A DNA stretch of 63,829 nucleotides, counting the filler, from Stramenopiles sp. TOSAG23-6 (taxonomy: Eukaryota), in assembly GCA_900128565.1 (NCBI GenBank). It is 13 parts of 13 records of this genome, joined end to end, with 100 filler letters (N's around TTAATTAATTAA, not from the genome) between each part and the next. Parts side by side here need not be neighbours in the genome. Positions count along the whole stretch, not along the records: positions 32,501 to 40,509 come from LT636485.1; positions 40,610 to 48,617 come from LT636486.1; 11 more parts are not named here. One strand, written 5' to 3'. The notes beneath the pieces are model-generated. The model was not told the DNA's origin. It saw nothing but the letters and a program-made list of their open reading frames with translations, and ran no database searches. Within the stretch, counting starts at the first letter, position 1. Every line of letters starts with the position of its first letter. Shown piece by piece: positions 36,800-48,717 of this stretch. Made by a program: the position numbers and the translations under genes.

Positions 36800-39700
36800 A
36801 TGAAGGAGGCATTGGTGCCCCAATTAAGAGAAGCCTCTAAAAATGGAAGTTCCAAATATCAGCTCTTAAGCCTCTTGTCACCGTTTCGACCACAATTCAA
36901 CACTGTAAAGTCGGATGCTTCAACACCTGGTCACTTACTCTTTAATTCGGAAGTGATAATTCCTAGATGCACTATATATCCTAGTGGTGATTCATTTCAT
37001 TCTACCGAACCAAGGTCTCGTCGATCCTCTGCCGAAGAACTAGCATGCAGCGTNGCACTCAAATCACTACGCAAAGTTGAACATAATCGAAAACGTTTTG
37101 CTTTTCAAAAAAAATTACCAACTCCTACTCTTTTAATTTCTTCAACGAATGGTAAGGGTACACAAAGTCTTCTTCGGATGGTCATGTATGTTCAATATAT
37201 AATGCCAATTATAGCAGTAGTATTTTGTTACACAACTNGTCTTCCAGATTGGTTGAACGCTACAGAACAAAAAGAGAGGTTCGGTTTTGTACGAGAACAT
37301 CCTTTTGTGTGGGACGACTTAGAAGCCATTCTTCATCAACCAGATGTTCAAGGAACTACATCTATATCATCATTATTTTTTAGTGGTAGAGATTTCTGGG
37401 GTCAATTGCCTACTTCAAATAATTATTTAGGTGCATGGAGGCCAGTCACTATCGCTTTCTTTAGGCTCCAGTTTTACTTTACAGGATTATGTATGTTTTA
37501 TTTTTTTTTCAATTAGAAATTACGAATTTATTTTTCGTACGAAATTTTGTACCTAAATATTTTTTTTTGAAATATTTTTCCAAAATACATCGTATTTGAC
37601 TCCAATATTATTTCATACAACTCACNTGTGCTTACATGCCATTGCTGCAAGTTATGTAGTATACATTGCAAACCAAATAATTGATTTAAATGAGACAAAT
37701 GTTAGATGTACCAAAAAATATATGTCCAAAATGCTTACATATTTTGTCAGTTGTGCGTCTGGAATGGCATATGCTGTAGATCCTATACACACAGAAATTC
37801 TACATTATGCATGCGGACGCGCCCAACTCTTGTGTACATTGTTATTTCTTATAGCATTATCGAATGTTTTACAATATCATGGGAAAAGAATGCTTCGTCA
37901 AAAGTCCTTACATAATAATGAAAAAGTTAAGCTTTTTTTTATTCAAGTTGGTCTCAGTTTTTTATGCGGTTTAACTTGTGCCGAAGGAGCTGTAGTTGGA
38001 ATAATCATTGCCGCTGCAGATTTTTTATTAAGTACAAGAAGATTGACACAAACAAGTGAAAAACATGATGTTTTATTACGTACAATTCCACTTCTCAGTC
38101 TGTCATTTACACTGATATGGATCCATTGGCGTTTGATACTTAATTCTGTAGCAGGCCATACGTCTCTTTCACTTTGGGAAAAAATAGAGATTGGCTTTGA
38201 AAGTAACACCCGATTAATTGCACTTGTTAGCATTACTATCTTTGCTTCATTGATACACACAAGTTTACATATACATTGGATTCTGTCTCGATTTTCTATC
38301 GGGTTAGCATCGTGTACATTTGTGACACAATTCTTCTCAGCAACTGCGCCATTGGAAGCTGGGTTTCCAATAATTCCACGACTCAGTTGTTTAGTCACTC
38401 CAGTACGTTATTTATTTATTTCTGAATGTATGAGAAATGTAATAGTTTTAGCTCAAAATTATACAACTTCAAGTCGCTTACATGTAGTAAAAAAGTCAAA
38501 GAGAGTATCCAATATCAGCCTCAATCGTTTCATGTCATGTATCTTTACATCTATGATATCTATCTTTACCTCAAAAACTTTGTTATGTATAGTNGTATTT
38601 GCTCATATTTTACAAATGGGTCGAATGACTGTCACAGAAACATCTTCTTGGAAGAATTCATCAATGAGAAACACGACGCGAAATAAATCAATTAAGTTTT
38701 CATCTAATAATGTGAGACTTCTATATCGACAATCAATTTTATTTTTAGATGCAAGTTATGAAAATAATTATACAAAGAACATTACCACTGAAATGGGTAA
38801 AGAAAACATGGCAAATCTCTTGCAATCAGCTGAGTTTGGTCTTTTAAAAGTTTTACGAATTGAACCACAAAATGCTAAAGCTCTTCTTGGACTGGGTTTA
38901 GTGTACGAAAGACTTGAACTTTTAAATATCAATCTCAAAAGTCCAGTGAAAATGGGAAAAAAATACTTTATTCTTGGGTCATTTCGTTTAGCTGTCGCGG
39001 CCCCGAATGGAAATGTTGGATGGATGCTTGCGACTTTAGGGAAGAAATTAGCATATGGCGGATTTCATATGCAAAATGAAGCAGCGATGCATTTATCAGC
39101 AGCAATACATACTCCACGATTACCTCATCAAAATCGTAGCGAATGGTATCATACACTAGCTGTTGTTGAATTGAGACGCGGAAGGCTCGAAAAAGCAAAA
39201 AAAGTTCTTGCTCAGGCTATATCAGAGATGAATACTTTCCAAACGGATAATACTATACAGGATGTAAATGATGGAAACGTATATGCATTATTGGGTCTTT
39301 TATTATCTAGTCAGGGACAATTTTTACCTGGGGTTGGTTTAATTCGTAAGTGTACAGCATTTCAAAACAATATCTGTAATAATGTACTGAATATTGTATA
39401 CAAAGAATGGTCAAATGCAAGTTCAGTTGAGGAAGGGGAAATAGTCAAAGAGAGGGCAATGAATCAACTCATACAGTTCGTTGGTTGGGGAAAGTACACG
39501 AATGATCTGTTTAACATGCAAAATATAAATACAGAAACTATATTTGATGAAGATTCGGTGAGTCAGGCAGCTTTATGGGATTCATTTGATTGTTCAATGA
39601 ATCTGAATCTTTTGGATAATGAAACTCGTCAAGTGAAAACAAGGCGGGAGTATTTGATACTAGAACTACAAAAAAAGTTGAGAGAAGCTTGTAGTATTGT

Positions 39701-40331
39701 TCATACAACTGAACCAATTTGGTTAGATCAGAGATTAACTATCAAATTTAACGTAGACGAAATTCCACAAGAAGTAATGATTGGTAGAAAGGATGATTCA
39801 TTAATTGCTGCAATGTTTATTTGTAGAGTGCACATGTCTGACGTTGAGCACGAATTATGTATGAAATCTATACTACCAGAAATTATAAATGTACAAAATC
39901 AAGAAAAATTTCAACACATTGAGAAAAACAAACAGGGAAATGATATTGTTCTTGGTGCAATTTGTCGATTATTACTTGAACAGGCTGAACATATTGATAA
40001 ATGTAGAAAATCATTACAACTATACCAAAATGGTACAAATATCTATGATTGGTTGAAACCAAATTCCTTGAAAACATTATTATTCAAAAAGATAAAAGTC
40101 CAGTACAAGATTGAGAGCTATGATAAAGTATTTGGTATCAATATTTTACTTACTGTAGATAATGTTGTTCATAAAGCCCATAATAGATGTTTGGTGCACG
40201 AAATATCAAATATGAAATGTGAAAAATTCATTCAAAATATTCAAAATCAATGGCAAATACAATTTAGACGAATAATTGATGCAAAAAAAGAGACACAAGT
40301 TTTTAATATTTTAGGAAATCTTGTCCAATAA
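36800..40331 (+). CDS. TMTC-like membrane/TPR protein with N-terminal dsRBD-like segment; intron 37491-37590
   Basis: WDDLEAI...PDVQG...DFWG...WRPVT..FRL, P..FH....LH, HTE....GRA.LL, TPR-like helices. Confidence 0.7.
37491..37590 (+). other. non-canonical intron, GT...AT (100 nt)
   Basis: AT|GTATGT...core...CCAAAATACAT|CG joins ORFs 36800 and 37596 in frame. Confidence 0.85.
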
Positions 40332-41381
40332 AAACTTTGATTTTTTATTGTTGTATTGTTTTATTGTTGTATTGTTTTATTGTTGTATTGTTGTATTGCC
40401 TTGATTAATTTTTAATTTTATTTTCAATTTTTTCTTGTTGTCGTATTTCATCCATAATGATATAGATTTTCATCATTGATTTTTTTTTTTTTTTTTTTTA
40501 GGAAATTTTNNNNNNNNNNNNNNNNNNNNNNNNNNNNNNNNNNNNNNNNNNNNTTAATTAATTAANNNNNNNNNNNNNNNNNNNNNNNNNNNNNNNNNNN
40601 NNNNNNNNNATGCCTCTTTTAGATCCAAGTGCTAAATTGAAGCCCAGAAAATTCAGGAAGTGAATTGAAAAACTAGATTTTGCCTTCATTTTGAGTGTTT
40701 TACAGTGGGGAAATTCGCCATGAAATAGTAGAGTTGGCCTTTTAAAGTTAGTATTTTCTGAAACTACATGCAATAATGGTGTATATACCTTGTCGATTAG
40801 GGATGATATTAGTTTTCAATCAACTTTTCAAGGTTTGAAACAAGCTTGGCATGAGAATGTCTAGAATTGACTTGGGTTTGGACAAGCCAATTTACCAAAA
40901 GTCATGAAAAAAATGGAAGGTAAGAAAATTAGGCTTTAAAAGTTTTGCTAAAGGCATCTTTGTAGAGGGTGTAGTTGTTTGTATGACACTGTGTGTGATA
41001 GCAGTCTCCATAGAAGGCTCTATATTGAGCCAACAAGAGACTAAAAAGAGGTCAAAAATTTCCCGTGTTTTACTAGTGATTAAATTTGATTTCAATTTCA
41101 AATTTATAACCTGTTCTTGCGCGCGGTCATTTGTGGTGTGACACGTGGATATACGTGGAATGGTAGTAGACTACTAGTAGTAGTAGTTGGTAGAGTACCT
41201 TATAATCTATACGCGTGATGACACGGATGATATAAAATTATAACTCAACCATCACCCAACGTCATGATAACTTCGCCGAGTGTAATATAAAAATCACTTG
41301 CTCGGACAAACAAAGTGTTATTGTTGATTGTATTGATTCTAAATAATGTTAGGGTTATATAAGTGAAATTTTTGTGTACCA

Positions 41382-42122
41382 ATGTTGTTGTGGAACCGGT
41401 TTCGTGTTAATTGTATACTTCGTGGGATACAAAGAGTAACTTCGCCTACTTTTCGCCAGCTTTCCTCACAAAAGAAAAGTCACCGTCATAAATGTATACT
41501 AACTATGTTTCTCACCCGTTTTAGTCGTTGGGTTGGGCCGATGAACAGGCAGAAATTTCGAGCAACGTGGAGAGAAATAAAAGTGCATGCGTGTCTTGTA
41601 CCTAAATATACTGGTATATTTCTAGGTTTTTTGCTCCATTTTCAATGTTCGGTGTATGTATTACAAAATTATGGGTTCAGTTATATCCTGACAACGGGTC
41701 CATCGATGAAGCCAACGTTAAATGATACCGGTGATGTATTACTAGTTGACTGTTTTTCATATCTCTTTCGCAGTCCTCGATATGGTGAAGTTGTATTGAG
41801 TCAATCTATCACAGATCCTAACGCTCACATAGTAAAACGAGTATGTGGACTCCCGATGGATACAATAAGATATCAAAATTCAAAGAAAGAAAAAATGAAA
41901 AACTGTATCGTACCTAGAGGTCATGTCTGGCTAGAGGGTGATAACCCAAATAATTCCCGAGATTCTAGAGATTATGGAGCAGTACCAGAAGCAATGATCC
42001 GAGGTCGCGTAGTTGCTAGACTGTGGCCTTTAAAACATTTTGGTCGATTACGACATCGTGAATATGAGGATAAACATTCCGAATTGCAAACTAGTCGATG
42101 GAGGTCAAGTTCTTTGAGATGA
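41382..42122 (+). CDS. IMMP1L: mitochondrial inner membrane protease subunit 1 (peptidase S26)
   Basis: GPSMKPT, IVKRVCG, VPRGHVWLEGDN..NSRDSRDYG. Confidence 0.85.
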   Translation: MLLWNRFRVNCILRGIQRVTSPTFRQLSSQKKSHRHKCILTMFLTRFSRWVGPMNRQKFRATWREIKVHACLVPKYTGIFLGFLLHFQCSVYVLQNYGFSYILTTGPSMKPTLNDTGDVLLVDCFSYLFRSPRYGEVVLSQSITDPNAHIVKRVCGLPMDTIRYQNSKKEKMKNCIVPRGHVWLEGDNPNNSRDSRDYGAVPEAMIRGRVVARLWPLKHFGRLRHREYEDKHSELQTSRWRSSSLR

Positions 42123-42512
42123 AAGTTGATAACAGATAAATATATACCCTAACCCTAAAAGAGCGCTCTTTGTATGAAATTTGTATTTTTAATTTTATTT
42201 TTTTAGAAGATCAGTTTCGAAACTGAAAAAAAGTAGTTTCGTTAACTACCATTGTAAATTATGAAATACAAACTTAATTTGTGTATCTACTACGTAAATG
42301 GTACGGAATTCTATAATAATCAAAATTTCATAAATTGCGCGTGTCCCTTTTTTCCAAAAATGTCCTTCCTTTTTTGTAACGACCAGGTCAAATAGTTTTG
42401 TACACGTTTACATGTGTGTATTATCTGTCAAGTGTCAACGGTTATCCAGAAGATACCCTTTGATTGAATTTATAAACCGCATATTGATTAAGATTGATAA
42501 AGCTTTTGAGAA

Positions 42513-45500
42513 ATGTCAGTTGCTCCAGCTGATACTGGGTCAGGCGTTGATAACATTTCGAGTATTGTAGTGTTATCAGAAGAGAAAGATCCTTCAGAGC
42601 AGGTATGGACGAAAGGTCGATCTGCAGACGACGGTTCAACTTTTTGGCACTGTGTACAAACTGGTGAAAAGGTCACGGAAGAGCCAACGACTGGCATAAT
42701 CCGTGATGCACATCAATTTGCACGCCGCATGACTCAAAAAGTCATTCGTGCCAATCGAAGTTTAAAAAAAGTGAAGGAACATGTAGAGGCGAATCGGCAA
42801 AAAGAGGCACTTAAATCAGATGGTATCCCTCTTTTGAATGTGAAAGACTTCTTTGACGCATGGGATTCTGTTGATCCGCACGCAACTGAGTTGATTGATC
42901 GTGTTCTCGCCCATGACAAATGTGCTATATGGATCGTGAAATTTTTGACGATTCTTCAAGCTCTATTTGCTGCCTTCATACCGGTGGTAGCGACACTTGC
43001 ATGCCGAACGGCTTTTTTCAATCCGTTGGAGCAGTCAGCAGTCGGTGAAGATCTAAAAAAATTCTGTGGTGGAGTGCTTCTCCTTATCATGGGTATGGGG
43101 TACGTGTATTGTATTCGGTCGCTTTTACTCAACGTACTTGCAGAAAGGTTTAATTTTCGATTGGAGATGCCTCTACGTAAAGCAGCTGAAACCAGTGATC
43201 CACCTCAAACGTTCGACGACATGCACGATATCGGTCAACAAGTTCGTGAACTCGGTGATTGTTTGTTTCACAAACTACCTCAGGCACATTACAACCTTGC
43301 AGCAGCTTCATTTTCCCTCATTTGCATGATCATATTTTTTGACGCTGTAACTGCTATTTGTGCTGTTCTCGCTTTCTTCCTTGTCTTTGTGATGATTATT
43401 GTATTCGAAAAGTTTGCCATGGCACACGCTGAAGAAGATGTAATGCTCGAGGGTAAAGAAGAACTTGCATGGGAAGCTCAAGATTTCGAAGCAGCTCATA
43501 AAATTACGGCAGCTCGTAATGCAAGAGCACACAGTGAGCTTTTACCAAAGGTATTATTCAGTACTTTAACACAGTGCATATTTATGTCTACAGTTGTTGC
43601 CGCCTTCTACGTTGGTTCTCGCTTAGCTGAACGTAAGGTTGTAAAATCCGAATCTGCCGCTGTCGCTGTAGTATTTTACTACATCTTTTTGATGTTCAAC
43701 ATTAATTCGTATCATTCACACACAATACAAGCATCAAAGTTGTGGGTATCTGGTTGTCGATTTAATGATGACTCCAACTTCCACCACTCCATGAAACATA
43801 TTGATGCTCACTTGACCCAGAATGACCCAAAGCACAAAAAACGTATGGTAGATGCAATTAAAGAGCTCAAAGACAGCAAAGGTGCCTCTCGTAAAATGCT
43901 CTTCTTTCTCATTATGGTGTTCATTGGTTGCTCCTCATTTGTAGTTTGGTATGTTGCTGACCATGGAAATCCATTATCGTGTCAAAATACATACTTTGCG
44001 TGTACGACTAAGGATAACGGTAAAGGTGAAGCTGCTAAATGTGGTGACTTGGAAATCATTCATGCATGGTCATTTGATTTCGGTTGCTCTGAAGCTCCAT
44101 CAAATAACGAACTCTTGGCACGTTGTGTTAACCTTTGTTCTTTGGTTTATCCCCAGTCTGTTGCACAGCAAACTCGACGTAGGCTTAAGAAAGTCCCTCA
44201 GAGACCGAATCAACCTGGAGAGAAAAGTCGTGAAGGGAAATCGATGTCACCTACTATGACAGGTGATGGGAAATGGCCAACACGGAAACCTGGCAGCATG
44301 ACGGCCAGTACAGAAAATTTTGGACCTAAGCCTACTATGGGTAAAACTCCTGCGGATGCCCTAAATGCAGTTTATGGGAAATTGAATAAACCACCTCCTG
44401 CAGAGTTAAAACAAGTGGGAAAAGAAAGAGAGGAACGCAAAGAGGAAGAGTCGAAAACTGAAGAACTCTCGCATATTCCATCCAAATTTTTGGAAACGTG
44501 GTTGTATGACGATGGTGGAAAACAAGAGATGATGGAAAAATCAACGGCTAAGTCTCGAGATACAGATGGCGATGGTGTAGAGGAACCTCCAAAAGCTCTC
44601 GAAATAATGAAATCTGCAATCGAGAATGGTTATAAAGTGATTGAAGAAGTGATTGAATTTGGGGATAAATTGAAGGTAACGTATGAAAGTATTCAAACAG
44701 ACGCTGCCTTGCATGATGAAAAGTTCACTGCGCAGCTAACAACAAGACCTCTGACGAACAAAGATCAAGATACACCAACGGTACTTAAAGATGATGAAGA
44801 TGAAGCGGAAGCAAAAGAGGAACATCATGATGACAGTTCTCAAGGTTGTCATGAGAATAATGAATGTGCAGATGATGAGTATTGTGCTAGTGGGTACAAT
44901 ACATATGGTAAACCGAATGAACCAGGAGATGGTAAGGGTTACTGCATGCATGAAGACACTTGTTGCAGTTTCCCTAATGATGCCTTACATCGTCAGAAAC
45001 CAGACTACGGTTCGGGAAATCCTTGGGGTAAGGAATCGGGTTTGGATCATGAAAAGTCATACACTGGTTGTCCAAAGCCATGCAAGCCTACATGGATACA
45101 TCTGGAAGATTGTGAAGATGAAGAAGGAGAAAATTGTGAACGTCATTTTCCAGGTGATCCAGCATACAAATCAAAAGGTTGCGGCTCTGGTGATCGTGTT
45201 GGAAAACACGCTACAGTTCATTCGTGTCGCTCTCATGATGATTGTAACCCAGAAGGTGATGAAATATTTTATTGTGCAGGTGATCCCAAAGAAGAATGTG
45301 GTGGGAGATGTCAATATTTTACATACTGCTGTGATCCTGGAAGTGAAGCGAAATATTATTCATACGAGAGAGACGAGGATTGGAAACCAGGAATGGATGT
45401 AAGTCTACTTTATTGCCCAAAAGAATGTAAATCGAATGAAACTAAGGAAGATCGTGAGAAGGCTGCAGAAAAAACATATATTGATAAAGAGTCTTTTGAT

Positions 45501-48290
45501 ACAAAGGCACCAACACCTGCACCTACAACAAAGGCACCAACACCTGCTCCATCAACAAAAGCGCCAACACCTGCACCAACGAAGTCTAAAAAGAAACAAT
45601 TTGAAATCAAGATGCAGCCAAAGGTTGACAAAAATAAAAAGGCTGCATTTGATCCTCATAGATCTGCCGTGAGTTCAGAAGTGGAATTTGTTAAAGAACG
45701 TGCAATTGCGAATAATCCGAATATTTCAGAAGTTTCTAAATTGATGTATGGACCATCTGAACCGTCAATGAATAATCCCCATGATGGAACGGAATTAAAG
45801 CCAACCAATAAGGGCAAAATGCCAAGTGATTTTTTTAAGGGATCTATGAATTTGATGCAAAAGGGTTATGAAGAAATAATGATGAAAGGTGCACGTGGAA
45901 GGGCCAGAGAGGAACACTCTATGGGTCCGAAGGATCATCATCGTCGATTGCATCCTCATGATGTAAAACCAGATGTAGATGATTTTTTCAATGAAAAGAA
46001 AGAGATGGCTAAACAACAACGCGAATCGAATGACGGAATGCCAGTAGGTAGATTTGAACCAGAAACGGTTGAATTTGAGAAATTGGCGGAACCTAAAAAT
46101 AAACCTTTTAAAGAAGAAAAGGAAAAGGAATTAAAATTCGAAGGTTTTTATGGTGGGGATGATGGTAAGGAGAAAGAGGATTTACCTGAAAAACTACAAG
46201 AAAAACTTGAGGAAACAGCAAAACTTCGTTCGCAAGAAATTGAAAATCCAATGACTTATGCTCATAAAGATGCTGATTCAGATGGTATTGAAGACGAATT
46301 TGATCATGATGTTCATCCCGGTAAACCAGATCATGATTCGGATGGTATCAATGATGAGGGAGACCTTGATGATGATAATGACGGAATTTTTGATGAAGCT
46401 GATCGTTTTGATGATGTTGAGGAAAAAGAAATAATGCCTGAACTAAAGGATGGGAGTGGAAACCCTATGCCTGATACTGATAAAGATGGCATTCCAGATG
46501 TAGCAGAGCATGAACTTCATAAAGATAAACCAGATACAGATTCTGATGGATGGAATGATCCGTATGATGATGATGACGATAATGATGGTGTGGAGGACAA
46601 GTATGATCTTGATCGAGATAACGACAGAATACCAGATAAAGCAGAACATAAATATCATCCAGATAAACCAGATTTGGATAGTGATGGGTGGAATGATCCG
46701 TATGACATAGATGACGATAATGATGAAATTGATGATTTTATAGATTTTGAGGATAATAATGATAAGCAAAACCCTAAACCATATACTACTTCCAAAGACG
46801 AGAAGATTAAAAATATTGTGAAAGACCAGACCCCAGAATATGAAAAAGAAGTAAAGAAAGGAAAACATTCTGACATTCCTGAATCTTTCAAAACATATGG
46901 TCCCTCACCAGATGATGAAAGAGAATCTGACACACCAAAATTCAAGAAAAACATTAAAGACAAAGACACACGAGGTGCATTTGAAGACATGGACGGTGAT
47001 GGGGTTGTGAATTGGGCTGATGCTGATCAAGACGGGGACGAAGTTCGTGATGAGGCAGACGTTGATGCTGATGCTGATGGTCTACCAGACGAATGGGAAA
47101 ATCTCTATGAAAATGGAACTCTCGACCGTGCGAAAGATAATAAACAGAATAATACTTTTTATCCAGACATCATTGTGGAAGATTTGGAATTAAATAAAGA
47201 TGATGATTTCGATTCTGATGGACTTCCTGATTCAGTCGATTCTGATGCTGATGGCGATGATGTTCTGGATACAGAGGATAGAGATGTCCTTGACATTAAC
47301 GGAAAAATTGGAGGTGACGGTATTCCAGATGATAAAGAGGAACTTATAAGTACAAATTTGCAATGTAAAGCATATGACAACGAAGAGGCATGTATTAAAC
47401 ATTCTAAAAAATGCCATTGGGGTTACTTGCCTGAGGCAGAACGAGATGTATGTATGACCCATAATCTCGAAGGGAAAATTGACAAAGAGAAGCGTATAAT
47501 GAACGAGAAAAAAGAAATGGTTGTTGAGATGGCAACAGAGCAGCATGAATGTTACGATAAGGATCATGCAGATTGTATTACTGATGATCTTTGTTCTTGG
47601 ACCAATGCTACTGAGGTTACATTTGAAGGTGATTCTGATGATAAAGATGAAGTCGAGAAGTTTACAACATCTTCTTCTCTTGGTCTCTGGGGCGAAGAAG
47701 TTACTCCATTCAAAGAAGGATGTTTTTTATCCCCATATGCAATATTTGAACTGCATGATTCAGGTGCGTCAAAAAAAGATCAAAAAAAGAAATATGAAGA
47801 AGAGATGACAATGTGTGCGGCATATGATGAAGAAGCATGTGCAATGTCATCATGGTGCGAATATGGAGAAGTTGGCTCATGTAAATCAATCAAAGGTGAG
47901 AAAAACCATTTCTGCAAACATCTGCCAGCTGATGAATGTAGAAATGCTGATTTTTATGGTCTGTGTAAATGGAAACCAGAAGTGGACGAAGCATTTGAAG
48001 AGGAAGAAAAAGCCGAATATGGATTCTGTCGAAGTCAAATGTCCGCAAACGAAGAAATTACAAGAGAAGACAAACTTGAGCGTCGGTTGGGAGTAATTAG
48101 ACCTAAAAAGTCATGGTGGGTACCTCAAGTAATTCATAACATATTTTATCCACCACGAGGGCGCAATTTTCCAATTAACAGCCATGAATACAAACACAGA
48201 CGGTTGATGAAACTTTTTGAAGCAGAAATTATAAAGAAGGATGTTATCCTCTTTTCAGGGAAAATTCAAATCAACATAGAAATGGTGTAA
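42513..48290 (+). CDS. 1925-aa membrane protein: WW-like N-terminus, multi-TM region, Cys-rich modules, TSP3-like DxDxDG repeats
   Basis: Uninterrupted ORF; WTKGRSADDGSTFWHCVQTGE; many DSDG/DGDG motifs; TKAPTPAP repeats. Confidence 0.85.
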   Translation: MSVAPADTGSGVDNISSIVVLSEEKDPSEQVWTKGRSADDGSTFWHCVQTGEKVTEEPTTGIIRDAHQFARRMTQKVIRANRSLKKVKEHVEANRQKEALKSDGIPLLNVKDFFDAWDSVDPHATELIDRVLAHDKCAIWIVKFLTILQALFAAFIPVVATLACRTAFFNPLEQSAVGEDLKKFCGGVLLLIMGMGYVYCIRSLLLNVLAERFNFRLEMPLRKAAETSDPPQTFDDMHDIGQQVRELGDCLFHKLPQAHYNLAAASFSLICMIIFFDAVTAICAVLAFFLVFVMIIVFEKFAMAHAEEDVMLEGKEELAWEAQDFEAAHKITAARNARAHSELLPKVLFSTLTQCIFMSTVVAAFYVGSRLAERKVVKSESAAVAVVFYYIFLMFNINSYHSHTIQASKLWVSGCRFNDDSNFHHSMKHIDAHLTQNDPKHKKRMVDAIKELKDSKGASRKMLFFLIMVFIGCSSFVVWYVADHGNPLSCQNTYFACTTKDNGKGEAAKCGDLEIIHAWSFDFGCSEAPSNNELLARCVNLCSLVYPQSVAQQTRRRLKKVPQRPNQPGEKSREGKSMSPTMTGDGKWPTRKPGSMTASTENFGPKPTMGKTPADALNAVYGKLNKPPPAELKQVGKEREERKEEESKTEELSHIPSKFLETWLYDDGGKQEMMEKSTAKSRDTDGDGVEEPPKALEIMKSAIENGYKVIEEVIEFGDKLKVTYESIQTDAALHDEKFTAQLTTRPLTNKDQDTPTVLKDDEDEAEAKEEHHDDSSQGCHENNECADDEYCASGYNTYGKPNEPGDGKGYCMHEDTCCSFPNDALHRQKPDYGSGNPWGKESGLDHEKSYTGCPKPCKPTWIHLEDCEDEEGENCERHFPGDPAYKSKGCGSGDRVGKHATVHSCRSHDDCNPEGDEIFYCAGDPKEECGGRCQYFTYCCDPGSEAKYYSYERDEDWKPGMDVSLLYCPKECKSNETKEDREKAAEKTYIDKESFDTKAPTPAPTTKAPTPAPSTKAPTPAPTKSKKKQFEIKMQPKVDKNKKAAFDPHRSAVSSEVEFVKERAIANNPNISEVSKLMYGPSEPSMNNPHDGTELKPTNKGKMPSDFFKGSMNLMQKGYEEIMMKGARGRAREEHSMGPKDHHRRLHPHDVKPDVDDFFNEKKEMAKQQRESNDGMPVGRFEPETVEFEKLAEPKNKPFKEEKEKELKFEGFYGGDDGKEKEDLPEKLQEKLEETAKLRSQEIENPMTYAHKDADSDGIEDEFDHDVHPGKPDHDSDGINDEGDLDDDNDGIFDEADRFDDVEEKEIMPELKDGSGNPMPDTDKDGIPDVAEHELHKDKPDTDSDGWNDPYDDDDDNDGVEDKYDLDRDNDRIPDKAEHKYHPDKPDLDSDGWNDPYDIDDDNDEIDDFIDFEDNNDKQNPKPYTTSKDEKIKNIVKDQTPEYEKEVKKGKHSDIPESFKTYGPSPDDERESDTPKFKKNIKDKDTRGAFEDMDGDGVVNWADADQDGDEVRDEADVDADADGLPDEWENLYENGTLDRAKDNKQNNTFYPDIIVEDLELNKDDDFDSDGLPDSVDSDADGDDVLDTEDRDVLDINGKIGGDGIPDDKEELISTNLQCKAYDNEEACIKHSKKCHWGYLPEAERDVCMTHNLEGKIDKEKRIMNEKKEMVVEMATEQHECYDKDHADCITDDLCSWTNATEVTFEGDSDDKDEVEKFTTSSSLGLWGEEVTPFKEGCFLSPYAIFELHDSGASKKDQKKKYEEEMTMCAAYDEEACAMSSWCEYGEVGSCKSIKGEKNHFCKHLPADECRNADFYGLCKWKPEVDEAFEEEEKAEYGFCRSQMSANEEITREDKLERRLGVIRPKKSWWVPQVIHNIFYPPRGRNFPINSHEYKHRRLMKLFEAEIIKKDVILFSGKIQINIEMV

Positions 48291-48717
48291 ACAACCTCTC
48301 GATATCAATATGAGGGGTATTAATTTATTGAATATATATGTACATAATCAAAATACTGGTACTTTTAAAAAAAGATAAGTTCGTGGTACAGCCTATAGAG
48401 CTGGTACGGGTGATCTTTTTAACGGTACAATTTGTACAAAGAAAATAAAAAAAAAATACTGTAAGTTTTCAATTATTTATATTGCATAGGCCTAAATTGT
48501 TATCTCATTAAATATTGTTTTTTCTTCGGTATTTTCTTCGGTAACTAATGGTTTGAATAAAATACTTCTTCCAGTACCAGGTCGATATGAAATATTCGAT
48601 GTAGTACTTCTTCCTGTNNNNNNNNNNNNNNNNNNNNNNNNNNNNNNNNNNNNNNNNNNNNTTAATTAATTAANNNNNNNNNNNNNNNNNNNNNNNNNNN
48701 NNNNNNNNNNNNNNNNN

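Noticed and set aside
40610-41200. Non-coding stretch with short ORFs, possible transposon remnant
   Set aside because: No terminal repeats or recognisable coding similarity visible.
777-48290. Genome-wide TGA=Trp reassignment
   Set aside because: Long AT-rich ORFs with many Trp use TGG only, and TGA sits at plausible C-termini (DOHH, IMP1, EF-hand gene).
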